This document shows positions 24,635 to 36,413 of a DNA stretch of 64,000 nt, in pieces; within the stretch, counting starts at the first letter, position 1, and the number at the start of each line of letters is the position of its first letter. The position numbers and the translations under genes were made by a program. Where the stretch lies: contig OZ024743.1 of assembly GCA_964016885.1 (NCBI GenBank), forward strand, positions 275,342,001 to 275,406,000. The letters run 5' to 3'. The notes under the pieces were generated by a model. That model did no database searches. It was not told the DNA's origin and saw only the letters and a program-made list of their open reading frames with translations. The stretch is from Eledone cirrhosa. Lineage: Eukaryota.

Positions 24635-27600
24635 ATGGACTGCATGCAGGAAAAAGGTGAAATTAAGAGTCAACGAAACTGGTCAAAGATGGAACTAGCG
24701 GTTTTGATCAAGGGGTGGACCATGGCTGATGGGTCTCCACCAAACAAAAAGATGGCAGAGAACCTGAAGAGCCATGGGTTTCTGAGGACCCTGGCACAGA
24801 TAGAGAGAAAGAGAAAAGAAATTGAGAAGGCGTATGTCCTCATAGCGCCACATATGGCGATGCTAAGCCATGTCCTCAGGGAGGAGAAAACCGAAGAGAG
24901 GGATGAGGAGAAGGAGAGGGAAAAGGAAGAGGAAAAAGAAAAGGAGGAGAGCACAAGCACGGACCTGAAAGAAAATGATATACCCTCCGCCACAGGCAGG
25001 GAGGGCAGGCCGGGCACCAACAAGCAAAGGGCAAAGGTGAAAAGCAAAATCACCTTCCGAAGGAGAACCAAGCGCAGAGGGACCAGTGGACAACTGTTCA
25101 AAGGAAGAACAGAAAGCACCGAGACACTGGGAGCAAAAAACCCAAGTAATGTGCAAGTTTTTTCAAGAACGGGACATGCTGGCATGGCGAGACAGGGATG
25201 GGATGCAGATTCGCCCACCCTAGGTCTCAAACGAGCTATGCCCATCATACTCGCGCAACATGCCCCAGCCAAAGCCGAAATAAGCCGCTCCAGAAGTATG
25301 CTGATGTCGCGCGTGCCGCACCAACAAGGAGAAGGCACGCATATGCCGACGAAATACAGATGGCCAGCAGCAGATCAGAAAAATTTTTTAGTGATGGAAG
25401 AGAAGATTGTGGGACAGCTGACCTGGCTGCATCGTCTCCAGAGCCAGGGTCATCCACACCAGCACTCGAGACCACCGCAGTTAAGGGACCCAGAGTGGCT
25501 GCCGCTGACACCAGACCAGGTGTCATACCGACAGCCATTACTGGCACCCCAAAAGTCACACCAGTGCTGCTGCTGAATGTCAGGGGCCTGGTGAAACTCA
25601 GCAACATGAGTAAAATTTCCTACCTGGGAGACTTAGCCATAAGCAATCAAGCACTATGCATGGCACTAACCGAAACGCACCTGACAAGCAGTATAGCAGA
25701 TGCAGAAATACATATACCAAAATATACGGTATTTCGTTTGGACAGGAACGAGAGAACTTATGGTGGGGGTTGCTCTGTATATCTGTGAAGATGTCACACC
25801 AATTGTACTGTTGACACATTCAAACTCAGTCTGTGACACACTGATAATACATATGAAGCAACTACAGACAGTAATATGTGTCACATATCGGCCCGCCCGA
25901 TGCCCCCAGTCATGAGGGTAAATTTGAGGATAGCCGAAGTAGGATAGAAGAGGTCCTTGACAAACTGGACCAGGGTCTCAACATCCTACTGCTGGGAGAC
26001 TTCAACCTACCAAAGGTCAAATGGCCTGAGGGCCACCTCCTCCCTGGAACGACGTCAATAGAACAGAGACAGACGGAATCCCTGCTGGCCCTCACACACA
26101 GGCTGTTCATGGAGCAAGCAATACTCCTCCCAACAAGAGGCGAAAATGTCCTGGACCTCTGTTTTACAAACAACGAAGTGCTCATCCACAATGTAAAGGT
26201 GACACCAACAATTCTCTCGGATCATAACTTAGTAGAGCTAATGATATGTGGTCCAAGAGAACCAACAGAGACAAAACCACCAAGAAGCTCCGGGACGCTA
26301 TCCAGCCTTAACTTCTACAAGGCTAACTGGAAAAAGATTAAGAGTGAAATCCGGAGCAAACATGGAGTGAAAACACCGCCACACAAGACACTAACACACA
26401 ATTTCAACACTTCATGACAACGATACACACCATATGCAAAAAGTGTGTCCCGGAGAAAGAGGCAAACAGACACAAAAATCTTATTCCCAGAGATAGGAAA
26501 ATCCTTATGAGACGTAGAACTAAACTCTCAAACCAGTTGAATAGTCAACAAACAAAAACAAGAAGGAATCCTATTTGAAACGTGCACTACTTGACACCGA
26601 GATTGCACTCAAACTTTCACATGAGAATGAGAGGGCAAAGAAAGAGAACAGGGCCATAAAAAACATTAAAACAAACCCTAAGGCCTTCTTTAAATTTGCA
26701 AAAGAAACTGCCTCAGTACACTGCAAGATTGGGTCACTCTTCCACACGGACGGTTCATTAACCGAAAACCCCCAAGAGATATTGGAAATACTGAACGAAC
26801 AGTACAAAAGTGTCTTCACATGTCCACTGAGGCACATGCAAATAACGAAGCCAGAGGAGTTCTTTGATGCCACAACACTACATCAAGAAATGGCAACCAT
26901 CAACCACATAGACATAACGGAGGATGTGGTGTACGCCATTGATGAAATTAGAACAGACTCGGCTGCTGGACCTAATGGATTCCCAGCAGTTCTCTTAAAA
27001 ATATGTAAGCGGGCCTTAGCAACACCACTGAAGATGCTCTTCAGAAGCTTCTTGGCTAGCGGTGTACTACCCAGGGAGCTGAAAGAAGGCACAATAAGCA
27101 CTATCCATAAAGGAGGTAGTAGAGCGGAGGCCAAGAACTAGAGGCCAGTCTCCCTGATGCCGCATATCAGTAAGGTCATGGAGCGAATCGTCAGAAAGAA
27201 ACTAATCACTTTCCTCGAAGAAAATGACCACCTGACTAGCACGCAACATGGCTTCCGCCCAGGAAGAAGCTGCCTTACACAGCTGCTACATCACTACGAC
27301 TGGGTACTGAGACAACTACTAGACAGCTCACATGTAGACGTGATATATCTTGACTTTGCGAAGGCCTTTGACAAGGTCGACCACGGAATATGTCACAAAC
27401 TACACGGACTCGGCATAACTGGAAAAGTAGGTGAGTGGCTGCATGGCTTCCTAAGGGACAGAAGCCAGGCAGTCGCAGCAAATGGGGCCCTCTTGAGGGA
27501 AACACCGATAACAAGTGGGGTGCCCCAGGGGGACAGTCCTGGGACCACTACTGTTTTTGGTGGCTCTGTGGTGCATGCAACAACATCCCTCACTAGCTAT

Positions 27601-28583
27601 GCTGATGACACTAAGGTAGCACAGGCAATCAAAAACCCGGCTGACGCTACCCTTTTACAGCAGGATCTGGATGCCATATACAGATGGGTGGAAGAAAACA
27701 ACATGCAGTTTAATGCTGGCAAATTCCAAGCCCTACAATACAAACCTGCAAACACAAATATAGTGGAACACCGCTACACAGGACCAGGAGGGACCGATAT
27801 CCCCGTGTCAAAATCGATACGAGACCTGGGCATAGACATGAGCGATGATGCATCTTTTTCTTCACACATCATGAAAGTGGCGACAATGTGCAGACGACTC
27901 GCTGGCTGGATCTTGAGGACTTTCCTTACAAGAGATCGAGACACCATGTTGACACTGTGGAGGACTTTTGTCCTAAGCCGCCTGGACTACTGCTCCCAGT
28001 TGTGGTCACCCCATAGTGTCAAACTAACCACGGAGCTTGAGGCAATCCAGCGAAGCTACACCAAGAGGATTGCCAAGATGAGGGAGACAAGCTACTGGGA
28101 GAGGCTGAAGGAACTGAACCTCTACTCCTTGGAGCGAAGACGGGAGAGATACGCAGTGATCTACATGTGGAAAATCCTGGAGGGACTAGCAGCAAACTTT
28201 GGCATTGGGAGCTGGACCAACCGTCGAACAGGACGTCACTGTGTGGTGCCAAAGGTCCCATCTTCCACATCTAGAATAAGGAGCAGGTATTGCAATAGCC
28301 TGGGATTCAAGGGCCCTCAACTCTTCAACAGGCTGCCGAGGCATCTGAGAGACTTGCATGACGTGGAGGTGGATGTCTTTAAGAAACATCTCGACACCTT
28401 GTTATCCAGGATCCCGGATGAGCCCACAGCAAGACACGAGGGAAATCTAAGGGCAGCAGCAACAAACTCCCTCTTACACCAGTGGCCAACCTATACAGGC
28501 TGGAGATAAAATGTGTAGCAACAAGGGCGGTGCCCCAGCATGGCCTCAGCCAGATGGCTGAAACAGGTAAAAGAGTAAAAGAA
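24635..28583 (+). mobile_element. Near-complete CR1-like LINE with frameshifts (Myb/SANT-like, CCCH, APE, RT)
   Basis: APE motifs LLNVRGL, TETHL, LLGDFNLP, LDLCFTN, SDH; RT motifs QHGFRPGRSC, YLDFAKAFDKVDH, GVPQG, YADD, RDLG; CR1-type C-terminus LDYCSQLWSP, YWERLKELNLYSLERRR; tail GTAAAAGAGTAAAAGA. The 5' UTR may extend to about 23850. Confidence 0.88.
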
Positions 28584-28629
28584 TGTATATATATATATAT
28601 ATATATATATAAATATAATATATATATAT

Positions 28630-28668
<39 letters not shown>

Positions 28669-28869
28669 AATATATATATATAAATATATATATATAAATA
28701 TATATATATATAAATATATATATATAAATATATATATATAAATATATATAAATATATATATATATAAATATATATATATATAAATATATATATATATAAA
28801 TATATATATAATAAATATATATAAATATATATATATAAATATATATATATAAATATATATATATAAATA

Positions 28870-29097
28870 TCGTCGCAAGAGGGAGTTTGTCGCATCTCAG
28901 AGTTGCAACACTTAATGTTGGCACTCTCAGAGGTAGGTCTGCTGAAATAGCGGAGATGCTGGAGAGAAGGCAGGTGGATGTGTGCTGCGTGCAAGAGGTG
29001 AGATGGAGGGGTGCCTCTGCGAGACTAGTCGTAGGCAAGCGTCTTAGCTATAAGCTATTCTGGGTAGGTAAGGATGATGGGTTAGGGGGAGTAGGCA
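28870..29097 (+). mobile_element. RTE LINE APE N-terminal fragment running into the assembly gap
   Basis: [39 protein letters not shown]. Confidence 0.85.
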
Positions 29098-29297
29098 NNN
29101 NNNNNNNNNNNNNNNNNNNNNNNNNNNNNNNNNNNNNNNNNNNNNNNNNNNNNNNNNNNNNNNNNNNNNNNNNNNNNNNNNNNNNNNNNNNNNNNNNNNN
29201 NNNNNNNNNNNNNNNNNNNNNNNNNNNNNNNNNNNNNNNNNNNNNNNNNNNNNNNNNNNNNNNNNNNNNNNNNNNNNNNNNNNNNNNNNNNNNNNNN
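29098..29297. other. Assembly gap (200 N)
   Basis: Run of N. Confidence 1.
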
Positions 29298-29307
29298 ATA
29301 TATATAT

Positions 29308-29338
<31 letters not shown>

Positions 29339-29407
29339 ATATATATATATATATATTATATATATATATATATATTATATATATATATATATATTATATA
29401 TATATAT

Positions 29408-29438
<31 letters not shown>

Positions 29439-29777
29439 ATATATATTATATATATATATTATATATATAATATATATATATAATATATATATATAATATA
29501 TATATAATATATATAATATATATATATTATATATATATATTATATATATATAATATATATATATTATATATATATTATATATATATATTATATATATATA
29601 TTATATATATATAATATATATATATTATATATATATTATATATATATATTATATATATATTATATATATATATTATATATATATAATATATATATATTAT
29701 ATATATATTATATATATATATTATATATATATTATATATATATATTATATATATATATTATATATATATATTATATA

Positions 29778-29820
<43 letters not shown>

Positions 29821-29858
29821 ATTATATATATAATATATATATATATAATATATATATA
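29298..29858. repeat. (TA)n array with TTA/TAA interruptions
   Basis: Direct reading. Confidence 0.95.
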
Positions 29859-30530
29859 TGTGTGCGCGCGCGCGCGATCATAAGCTAGTGAGTTTGATTC
29901 CTGGGTCTAGGTGGCATGTGGTATTCTTGAACACCACGCTTGGTTAATTTTTTCATGATAGTACGGGTGTGAGTCGCTATCATTGAAACATCCGAGAAAG
30001 CTCATATGACTCTAGATAAACCAGCATAGGTGAGTGTGCTGTAAATTATATTTTGTTTCATCTTATATATATATTGCACAACCTTTATCGAGTCTTCTCT
30101 GGATTTTGTTCTTTGTATTTACTACTACTATATAGAAAGGAGAATGTTATTAAGTTTTTTAATATATACATAAATAACATTACAAATAAGTCGTTGATAA
30201 ACACATAATAAATACAATTAACTATTGCTAGGAAACTCACTAAAACAATGCAAAATAGCTGACCAAAGTCAGAGAAAGAAGAGAAAAAAAGGGGAAAACG
30301 ACCATCAATTCATCACCAAGTGTGACAATCGGTCGCACATCACAAGTGTCATCGGAATATTTTATCGCAGATAAATGTGTGTTTCGTAAGAGGCACCTGA
30401 AAGGGTTGTCGTCAGGAAGTTCATCCGTGTGTAAAACTTTCTCGAAACATCCCGTTCAACTCATGGCATGGAAAAGTGAACGTAAAAACGATTATATATT
30501 TATAAAATATGTGTGTGCGAATGCGAGTAT

Positions 30531-30650
30531 GTACATATATATATCATCATCATCATCATTTAACGTCCGCTTTCCTTGATATATATATATATATATATAT
30601 ATAATCAAGGAAAGCGGACGTTAAATGACGATGATGATATATATACGTAC
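30531..30650. repeat. Inverted repeat of an RTE/SINE 3' tail around (TA)n
   Basis: (TCA)nTTTAACGTCCGCTTTCCTTGAT-(AT)n-ATCAAGGAAAGCGGACGTTAAATGACGATGATG. Confidence 0.85.
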
Positions 30651-30785
30651 ATACACGGCCTGAATACCTAGCTTTGGGTCAGTTATTAGTGGTGAAATAG
30701 TGCGGTGAATAACATACGCGACTATTAACTTTCGATCAATGGCGTTTATGTTGCCATTCGCGTCCTCTCGAAATATGCATAAATA

Positions 30786-30899
30786 TTGATTTCTAATTTA
30801 GGCACAAGGCTAACAGATTTAGGGAGGAAGTGCAAAGTTGATTAACTCAACTTTCTCCTCCTCCAAATTGTTGGCCTTGTGCCTAAATCAGAAACAATT
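30786..30899. repeat. Imperfect palindrome built from the OK-like SINE 3' end
   Basis: TTTCTAATTTAGGCACAAGGCTAACA..AAAGTTGA-ttaac-TCAACTTT..TGTTGGCCTTGTGCCTAAATCAGAAA. Confidence 0.75.
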
Positions 30900-31841
30900 A
30901 TTTATTATATTATCACGTACCACATACACCACTGGACACAGGGGTTTGTTTACATGGCTATGTGTGTATAAAACAACTCACTTTTGCACACGTACACACT
31001 TATACCTATCACTTACAAATAAAATAAAATAATTCTGTGGTTTTTTTTTCTTTCTAACCAATGAGAGCCCCCCCCCCCCCCCCCCCATACAAATCCGATG
31101 GGGTGAGGGGTACTATGGCTTACATCGTAATGGACGCTGTTGAGATAACTATTGATAACTATTTATACTATTATAACTATTTATACTATTGATAACTATT
31201 GATTTATAATTGTGGCGTAATAGGGGATTTGAGGATATGGAGGTGGACGTACGGTACATTTTTGGTGCTCTCCTAATTTACGTGTATGATAGGCCGGAAA
31301 AGATTTTGCGTGGGGATGAAACTCGCCATCTCTCGCCTCCCTGCCTTGCAACACCTCTGTGCTGTTAACACCAACACATCCCTGATCGAACATATATTTA
31401 CGATCAAATGCAATCCAGCATTAACCATACCGCTTTTTATTTTAAAACATAGACTAGGGTTAAGTTTTATCCAATGTGGTCCTTTCAAGATGGTCAGGGG
31501 TAATTTGTTGTAACGGTATTGAATGTATATAGTTATCTTTTTTTTTTTTTCACATTGTGAATTTTAGTCAATTAGCCGTAACTAATTTCATATATACATC
31601 ACTTGATCTAGCTGTAGCAATTTGGTAAAATTTGAATGAAGCGACTTGATTAAAAATGAAACAATATTGAATCTAATAAATAAATAACTTGCACTTCCTG
31701 ATTACCAAAACGGATAAAATATAATTAAGGATGAATATTTCATTATAAAGGTGGGCAGTGTTAAAAAAAAAGGGATGGAAAGGTAGTAAAAAAAATATAC
31801 CCACGCTAAAACGAAATAATCGTTGCGGTAACTCAGAAGAG

Positions 31842-31888
<47 letters not shown>

Positions 31889-31893
<5 letters not shown>

Positions 31894-32007
31894 AACGAGT
31901 AGGACCCCGACGGCTGAGCGCAAGCCGTTTCGACGGCTAATTCTGGACTCCAGAATTAGCCGCCGAAACGGCTTGAGCTCAGCCGTCGGGGTCCTACTCG
32001 TTCCTAT
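31889..32007. repeat. 119-bp GC-rich palindrome (59-bp arms, 2 mismatches) in a (TA)n island
   Basis: AGGAACGAGTAGGACCCCGACGGCTGAGCGCAAGCCGTTTCGACGGCTAATTCTGGA-C-TCCAGAATTAGCCGCCGAAACGGCTTGAGCTCAGCCGTCGGGGTCCTACTCGTTCCT. Confidence 0.92.
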
Positions 32008-32083
32008 TACCCACTCTACTACCCTAAGTATTGAGTACTTTGGTGCGTTATGGTCCACCTGGTTCCTGACCACATTTCCTTCG

Positions 32084-32124
<41 letters not shown>

Positions 32125-32629
32125 TACATACACACACTACTAGTTTCGTTTTTAATTACGACGCTTTTTTAAAATTTTACTGGAAAGAATACAATTTTAT
32201 GAAGTTTTGAATACTTATTGGGGATATTTCGCTTTAGGTATATAAAATGACAAGCAAAAAAAAAAAAAAAAATGTAAGCTTTTTCGTTGTAAATCTTCGT
32301 ATTTTCAACTTCGTTTTTTATTTATAAATTAAAAAAATTTGTGAAAATTTATTTCCGAAATATTCATTTCTGAATTATTTCAAAGACGACTTGCTTTTTA
32401 GCAAGAGACTGTTTACAGTCAATTGCTGCCCACTAATAAGTTTCCGAGCACATGACAACTTATCTAGTGATGTCACGATAAAATGCTTTCAGTACACTCT
32501 GTAAAGTGGTTGGCGTTAGGAAGGGCACCTAACTGTAGAAACTATGCTGAAATATAGAACATGAGCAAAACTTGGTTATCAGATCTTGTCGTGTCTAAGT
32601 CGATGTAAAAGGATGCTGATGGTGACATA

Positions 32630-32771
32630 TATATAGTTACGTCCCTTTACGATGTGAGTTCAAATCCCGCCGAGGTTGACTTTGCCTTTCATCCTTACGG
32701 GGTCGATAAAAATAAAGTACCAGTAATGCACTGGGTAATTGCTGGCCTTGTGCCTAAAGTAGAAACAATTA
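32630..32771 (+). mobile_element. OK-like SINE, 5'-truncated
   Basis: GAGTTCAAATCCCGCCGAGGTTGACTTTGCCTTTCATCCTTACGGGGTCGATAAA..GGCCTTGTGCCTAAAGTAGAAAC. Confidence 0.85.
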
Positions 32772-33379
32772 TATATATATATATATAAATAACTGACAGT
32801 TAAAAGAATACTGATATAGTCTACTTGTACTTTTAGTTTGCTGGTTACATACTTCCTAATGTATGAGATTGTATTGCCAAAATGAAATACTTGTGTAGTT
32901 AACTAATCCCCCCAACTCCAAAACTATGACTTTTAAAAGACACCTGATAAGTACTAGTATTCTGGGACATGAACTATGGTGCTATAGATTACATTGCTAT
33001 ATCTGGTTGTATTTGACATCAGTCTGTTTTTATACTTTAGCATAGGATAGATTGCTCTAATTGTATAATTATAGTAGTTATAATTTGTGAAGGCACAAAG
33101 CCAGAAATCAAACCCACAACCTTATCCTGAGTCCAACACTATAGCCACGAAGCCACTTACCTTCACAACCTATGTTGTATATATAAAAATGTTTTATATT
33201 CTAGAATTAAAATTTATGAAATTAAAAACAATTGGGACTTATTTTCTGTATTTGAAGAAATATTGTAAGAGTGCTGTTGTTTCTATGTCACACACCTAAT
33301 TAAGATTTATGATGAAAGATACTTCAGCTGTGACCATCCTGTCTTTTTAGTTGGGTATGTAGGACTACACTATTTAATG

Positions 33380-33810
33380 CAGTATTTCCCAAAATTGGTT
33401 ACAAGGACTCCCAGTTTCCACAAAAAATTCTGGTAATCTGTTGGGTAACATATCTTAATATAATATAATAAGTATTATTTTTTTTTAGAATAGTTGAGAT
33501 TGTTTATAAAATATAGGTGTGGTTTCTGCTATTTTTGAAATATAATTTTATTTATGAAAATTTTGTTAAGTAATGTTTCAAACATCAGTTTACTAATAAA
33601 TTTCAAAATTTATTGATACTCATAGGCAGTGTGTGATCAGAATTGATTTGGCTCTTATTTCTTGAAAGTCAAGCAACCATATAGAGAAGAGGTTCCTAAT
33701 CTGTGAGCTTGTTGAGTAGACAGACCTTTCAAAAACTGGGACAGGTTGTCTGGGGGGAAAATCCTTTAAATAAAGGAGATCCCTAGTAGTGAAAAGGTTG
33801 AAAACTACTG
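33380..33810. mobile_element. Possible hAT-like MITE
   Basis: Imperfect TIRs CAGTATTTCCCAA / TTGAAAACTACTG; no clear 8-bp TSD. Confidence 0.4.
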
Positions 33811-35334
33811 ATATACAAACTTGCTCATTGGCTTATTGTGGGCTTGTTTATATTACAAATGGTAAAATGTGTATTTTGTTGTTCTGACATATGTACAATC
33901 TTAGAAGTTTATAGATCATTACAAGGGTGGGTGCAGCATGGCTGAATGGTTAAGAAGTATACTTTGCAATCATGCAGTTAAGAGAGAAATCGCAGTGTAA
34001 CATTTTGTGCAAGTGTTTTTTTTTTTTACCATAGCCTTGCATCAATCCAAGCCTTGTGAATAAAATTGGCTAGATGGAAACAGTTTGGGAGCCTGTCAGT
34101 TAGATTTGATCTGTGATTCAAAGAGCCAGCCTTGTCATTATGTTATGCTGATTTTCACTGAGAATTTTGTAAAGTGTACATGTATCTGTGGAATGCTCAG
34201 CCACTTATTCATTAGTTAACAAGTAGACCATTCCATTGATCAAACAACTGAATGCAATGCACATCATCAAAACCAATGGTGGTGATGGAATTCATTTACT
34301 TTTACAAGATAGGAAAAGTTATAGAGGTTTACTAAACAGCAAATCTATAATTTTTACCAATTATCTGATGTTGCTATTTCATTTTCTCATTTCTTTCTTT
34401 ATTGTTCTTTTTCATTACTTAACCAGATCTCAATGGCTAATCTTTAAAAAATGTCCAATCTTATGATATTTTCTTTGTTATCAATCAAATATTCATTACT
34501 TAGGAATATTTTCCATGTACTTGCTGTGGCCAAGATAATTATTTTTGTCTTTCCTACTTAATCTCATAATCATACTGTCATTTTGCAATCAATGGATCTA
34601 AAACTTATTAGTGAATCTTTAATATTCCACCATAGAGTCACTTACCAATACACTCCAGCCTCTAGCCCTCAGATATACTGTCTTATTATGGAAACTATAT
34701 CTTAGGAAGGGAATCATTTTTCATAGCCAATGAATAATTTGTTGGATTGAAAAATTGATAAACCAGACAAATTTACTATCATAGATATTAAAAAAGGAAT
34801 TGTCAATTGTATTCAAGATGTGACAGGACAATAAATCTGATTAAGTTCTAACTTGGTCTCTGTTAATATGTCCAACCCATGCCAGCATGAAAAACCTGAC
34901 ATTGGATGGTAATGATGTAATATTTCCACACATTTTTCTTTAGTTATTTCTTAAGAGCTAGTTAGTGATCCACTTCATTGTAATGACTAGCATTCATTTC
35001 ATTCAAATTTTAATTTTTTTTATAGTGAATTGTAATAATGTGATAGAATTAGAATATTGACCATGAATTTGAATTTGTTCAACAATGTTTGTGTTATTTA
35101 GCAACAAGGTACTTCATTCTGTTTACTTAAGACTTCACAGCTGAGTTGTCAATTATCATCATCATTGTTTTTATCTCCACCTTTCCATGCTGACATAAGT
35201 TAGATGAGGTTTTTTTAGGCACAACACTTATATTACAATTATATGAGTAGGCATTTTTATTTTTTTTTAGACCTTTAGTTTTTATACCTTGTATAGATCT
35301 AAAGATATAAATTTTAACTCGAGATCTTTATTAT

Positions 35335-35800
35335 CCATTTTACAGCTCGGTGCCCTTCCTAACACAAACCACGTTTACAATGTGGAAGTAGGTGGTCCTG
35401 TTATGAAACAAGATTGGCCAGATGGTTGCGCCGTACCTTGCACATATTGGGACTGTGTGTTGGCTGGGTGCTGGATACCCTTCTTAACACTAACCGCATT
35501 TACAGTGTAGAATTGGGTGGCACCGTTTTTTTTTTGGGGGGGGGGGGGGTTGGCCAGTTGGCTGTGGCGTACCCTCCTCACAGCGGAACTGTATTTTGGG
35601 AGCTGAGTGGTCCCATTATAAGGGAGGTCTGGTTAGTTGGCTGAGCCATGCATTGCTCACAGTGGAGCTGGGTTTTTACAGCTGTTGGAGGCTCTTCCTA
35701 CCACCAACTACATTTACATTGTGGAGCTGGGTGGTACCATTATGAGACAAGTCTGGCCAGTTGGCGGCACCATACCTTGCTCAAACATGGCTGTATTTTT
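35335..35800 (-). repeat. Degenerate tandem copies of the Ceph/RTE-UTR module
   Basis: Three recurrences of plus-strand GCCCTTCCTAACAC.AACC.C.TTTACA.TGTGGA..TGGGTGG near 35350, 35475 and 35690. Confidence 0.55.
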
Positions 35801-36221
35801 ACGTGTGTCTCTACCTGTAGTTAAGGGTATTCAGTTCATAATCTTGATCAGTCCTCAGCAGTGTTGTTACCTTGAGCAAGAAACTTTATTTCAAATTGCT
35901 CCAGGCTACTCAGTTGGAAAAAAATAAGTTGTACTTGTAGTTCAACAGTTACACACATCTGTGGAATGTTCAGCCACTTGCATGTTAATTTCATGAGCTG
36001 GCTATTCCATTGGTTAAACCACTGGAACACTTGTCATCTGAACCATAATCTTTCACAATTTTTTATGGTAATGTCTTTTTTAAATGTTGTTCAGATAATT
36101 CTTTTAAATCTTTTGCTAATCATTTTTCTGATCTCAAAGGCAGCTTCTAATTTGATTTTCTTTTTACCTTTTTCTTCTATAACTCCTCTCAATTTTTTGT
36201 CACTTTATTTGTTTTGTTACT

Positions 36222-36255
36222 TGTAAGTATTTTATCAATACTACATATATGTATT

Positions 36256-36288
<33 letters not shown>

Positions 36289-36301
36289 GTGCGTGTGCGC
36301 G

Positions 36302-36346
<45 letters not shown>

Positions 36347-36413
36347 GCGCGCGCACACACATACATACATACATATATAAATACATATATGTAGTATTGA
36401 TAAAATACTTACA
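36222..36413. repeat. Inverted duplication of host flank centred on (TA)n at an RTE 5' junction
   Basis: TGTAAGTATTTTATCAATACTACATATATGTATTTATAT.. / ..ATATAAATACATATATGTAGTATTGATAAAATACTTACA. Confidence 0.85.

Noticed and set aside
34646-34720. Minus-strand exon ending in GTAAGT as GINS3 exon 1
   Set aside because: No frame resembles the PSF3 N-terminus (LDDIL..E++P).
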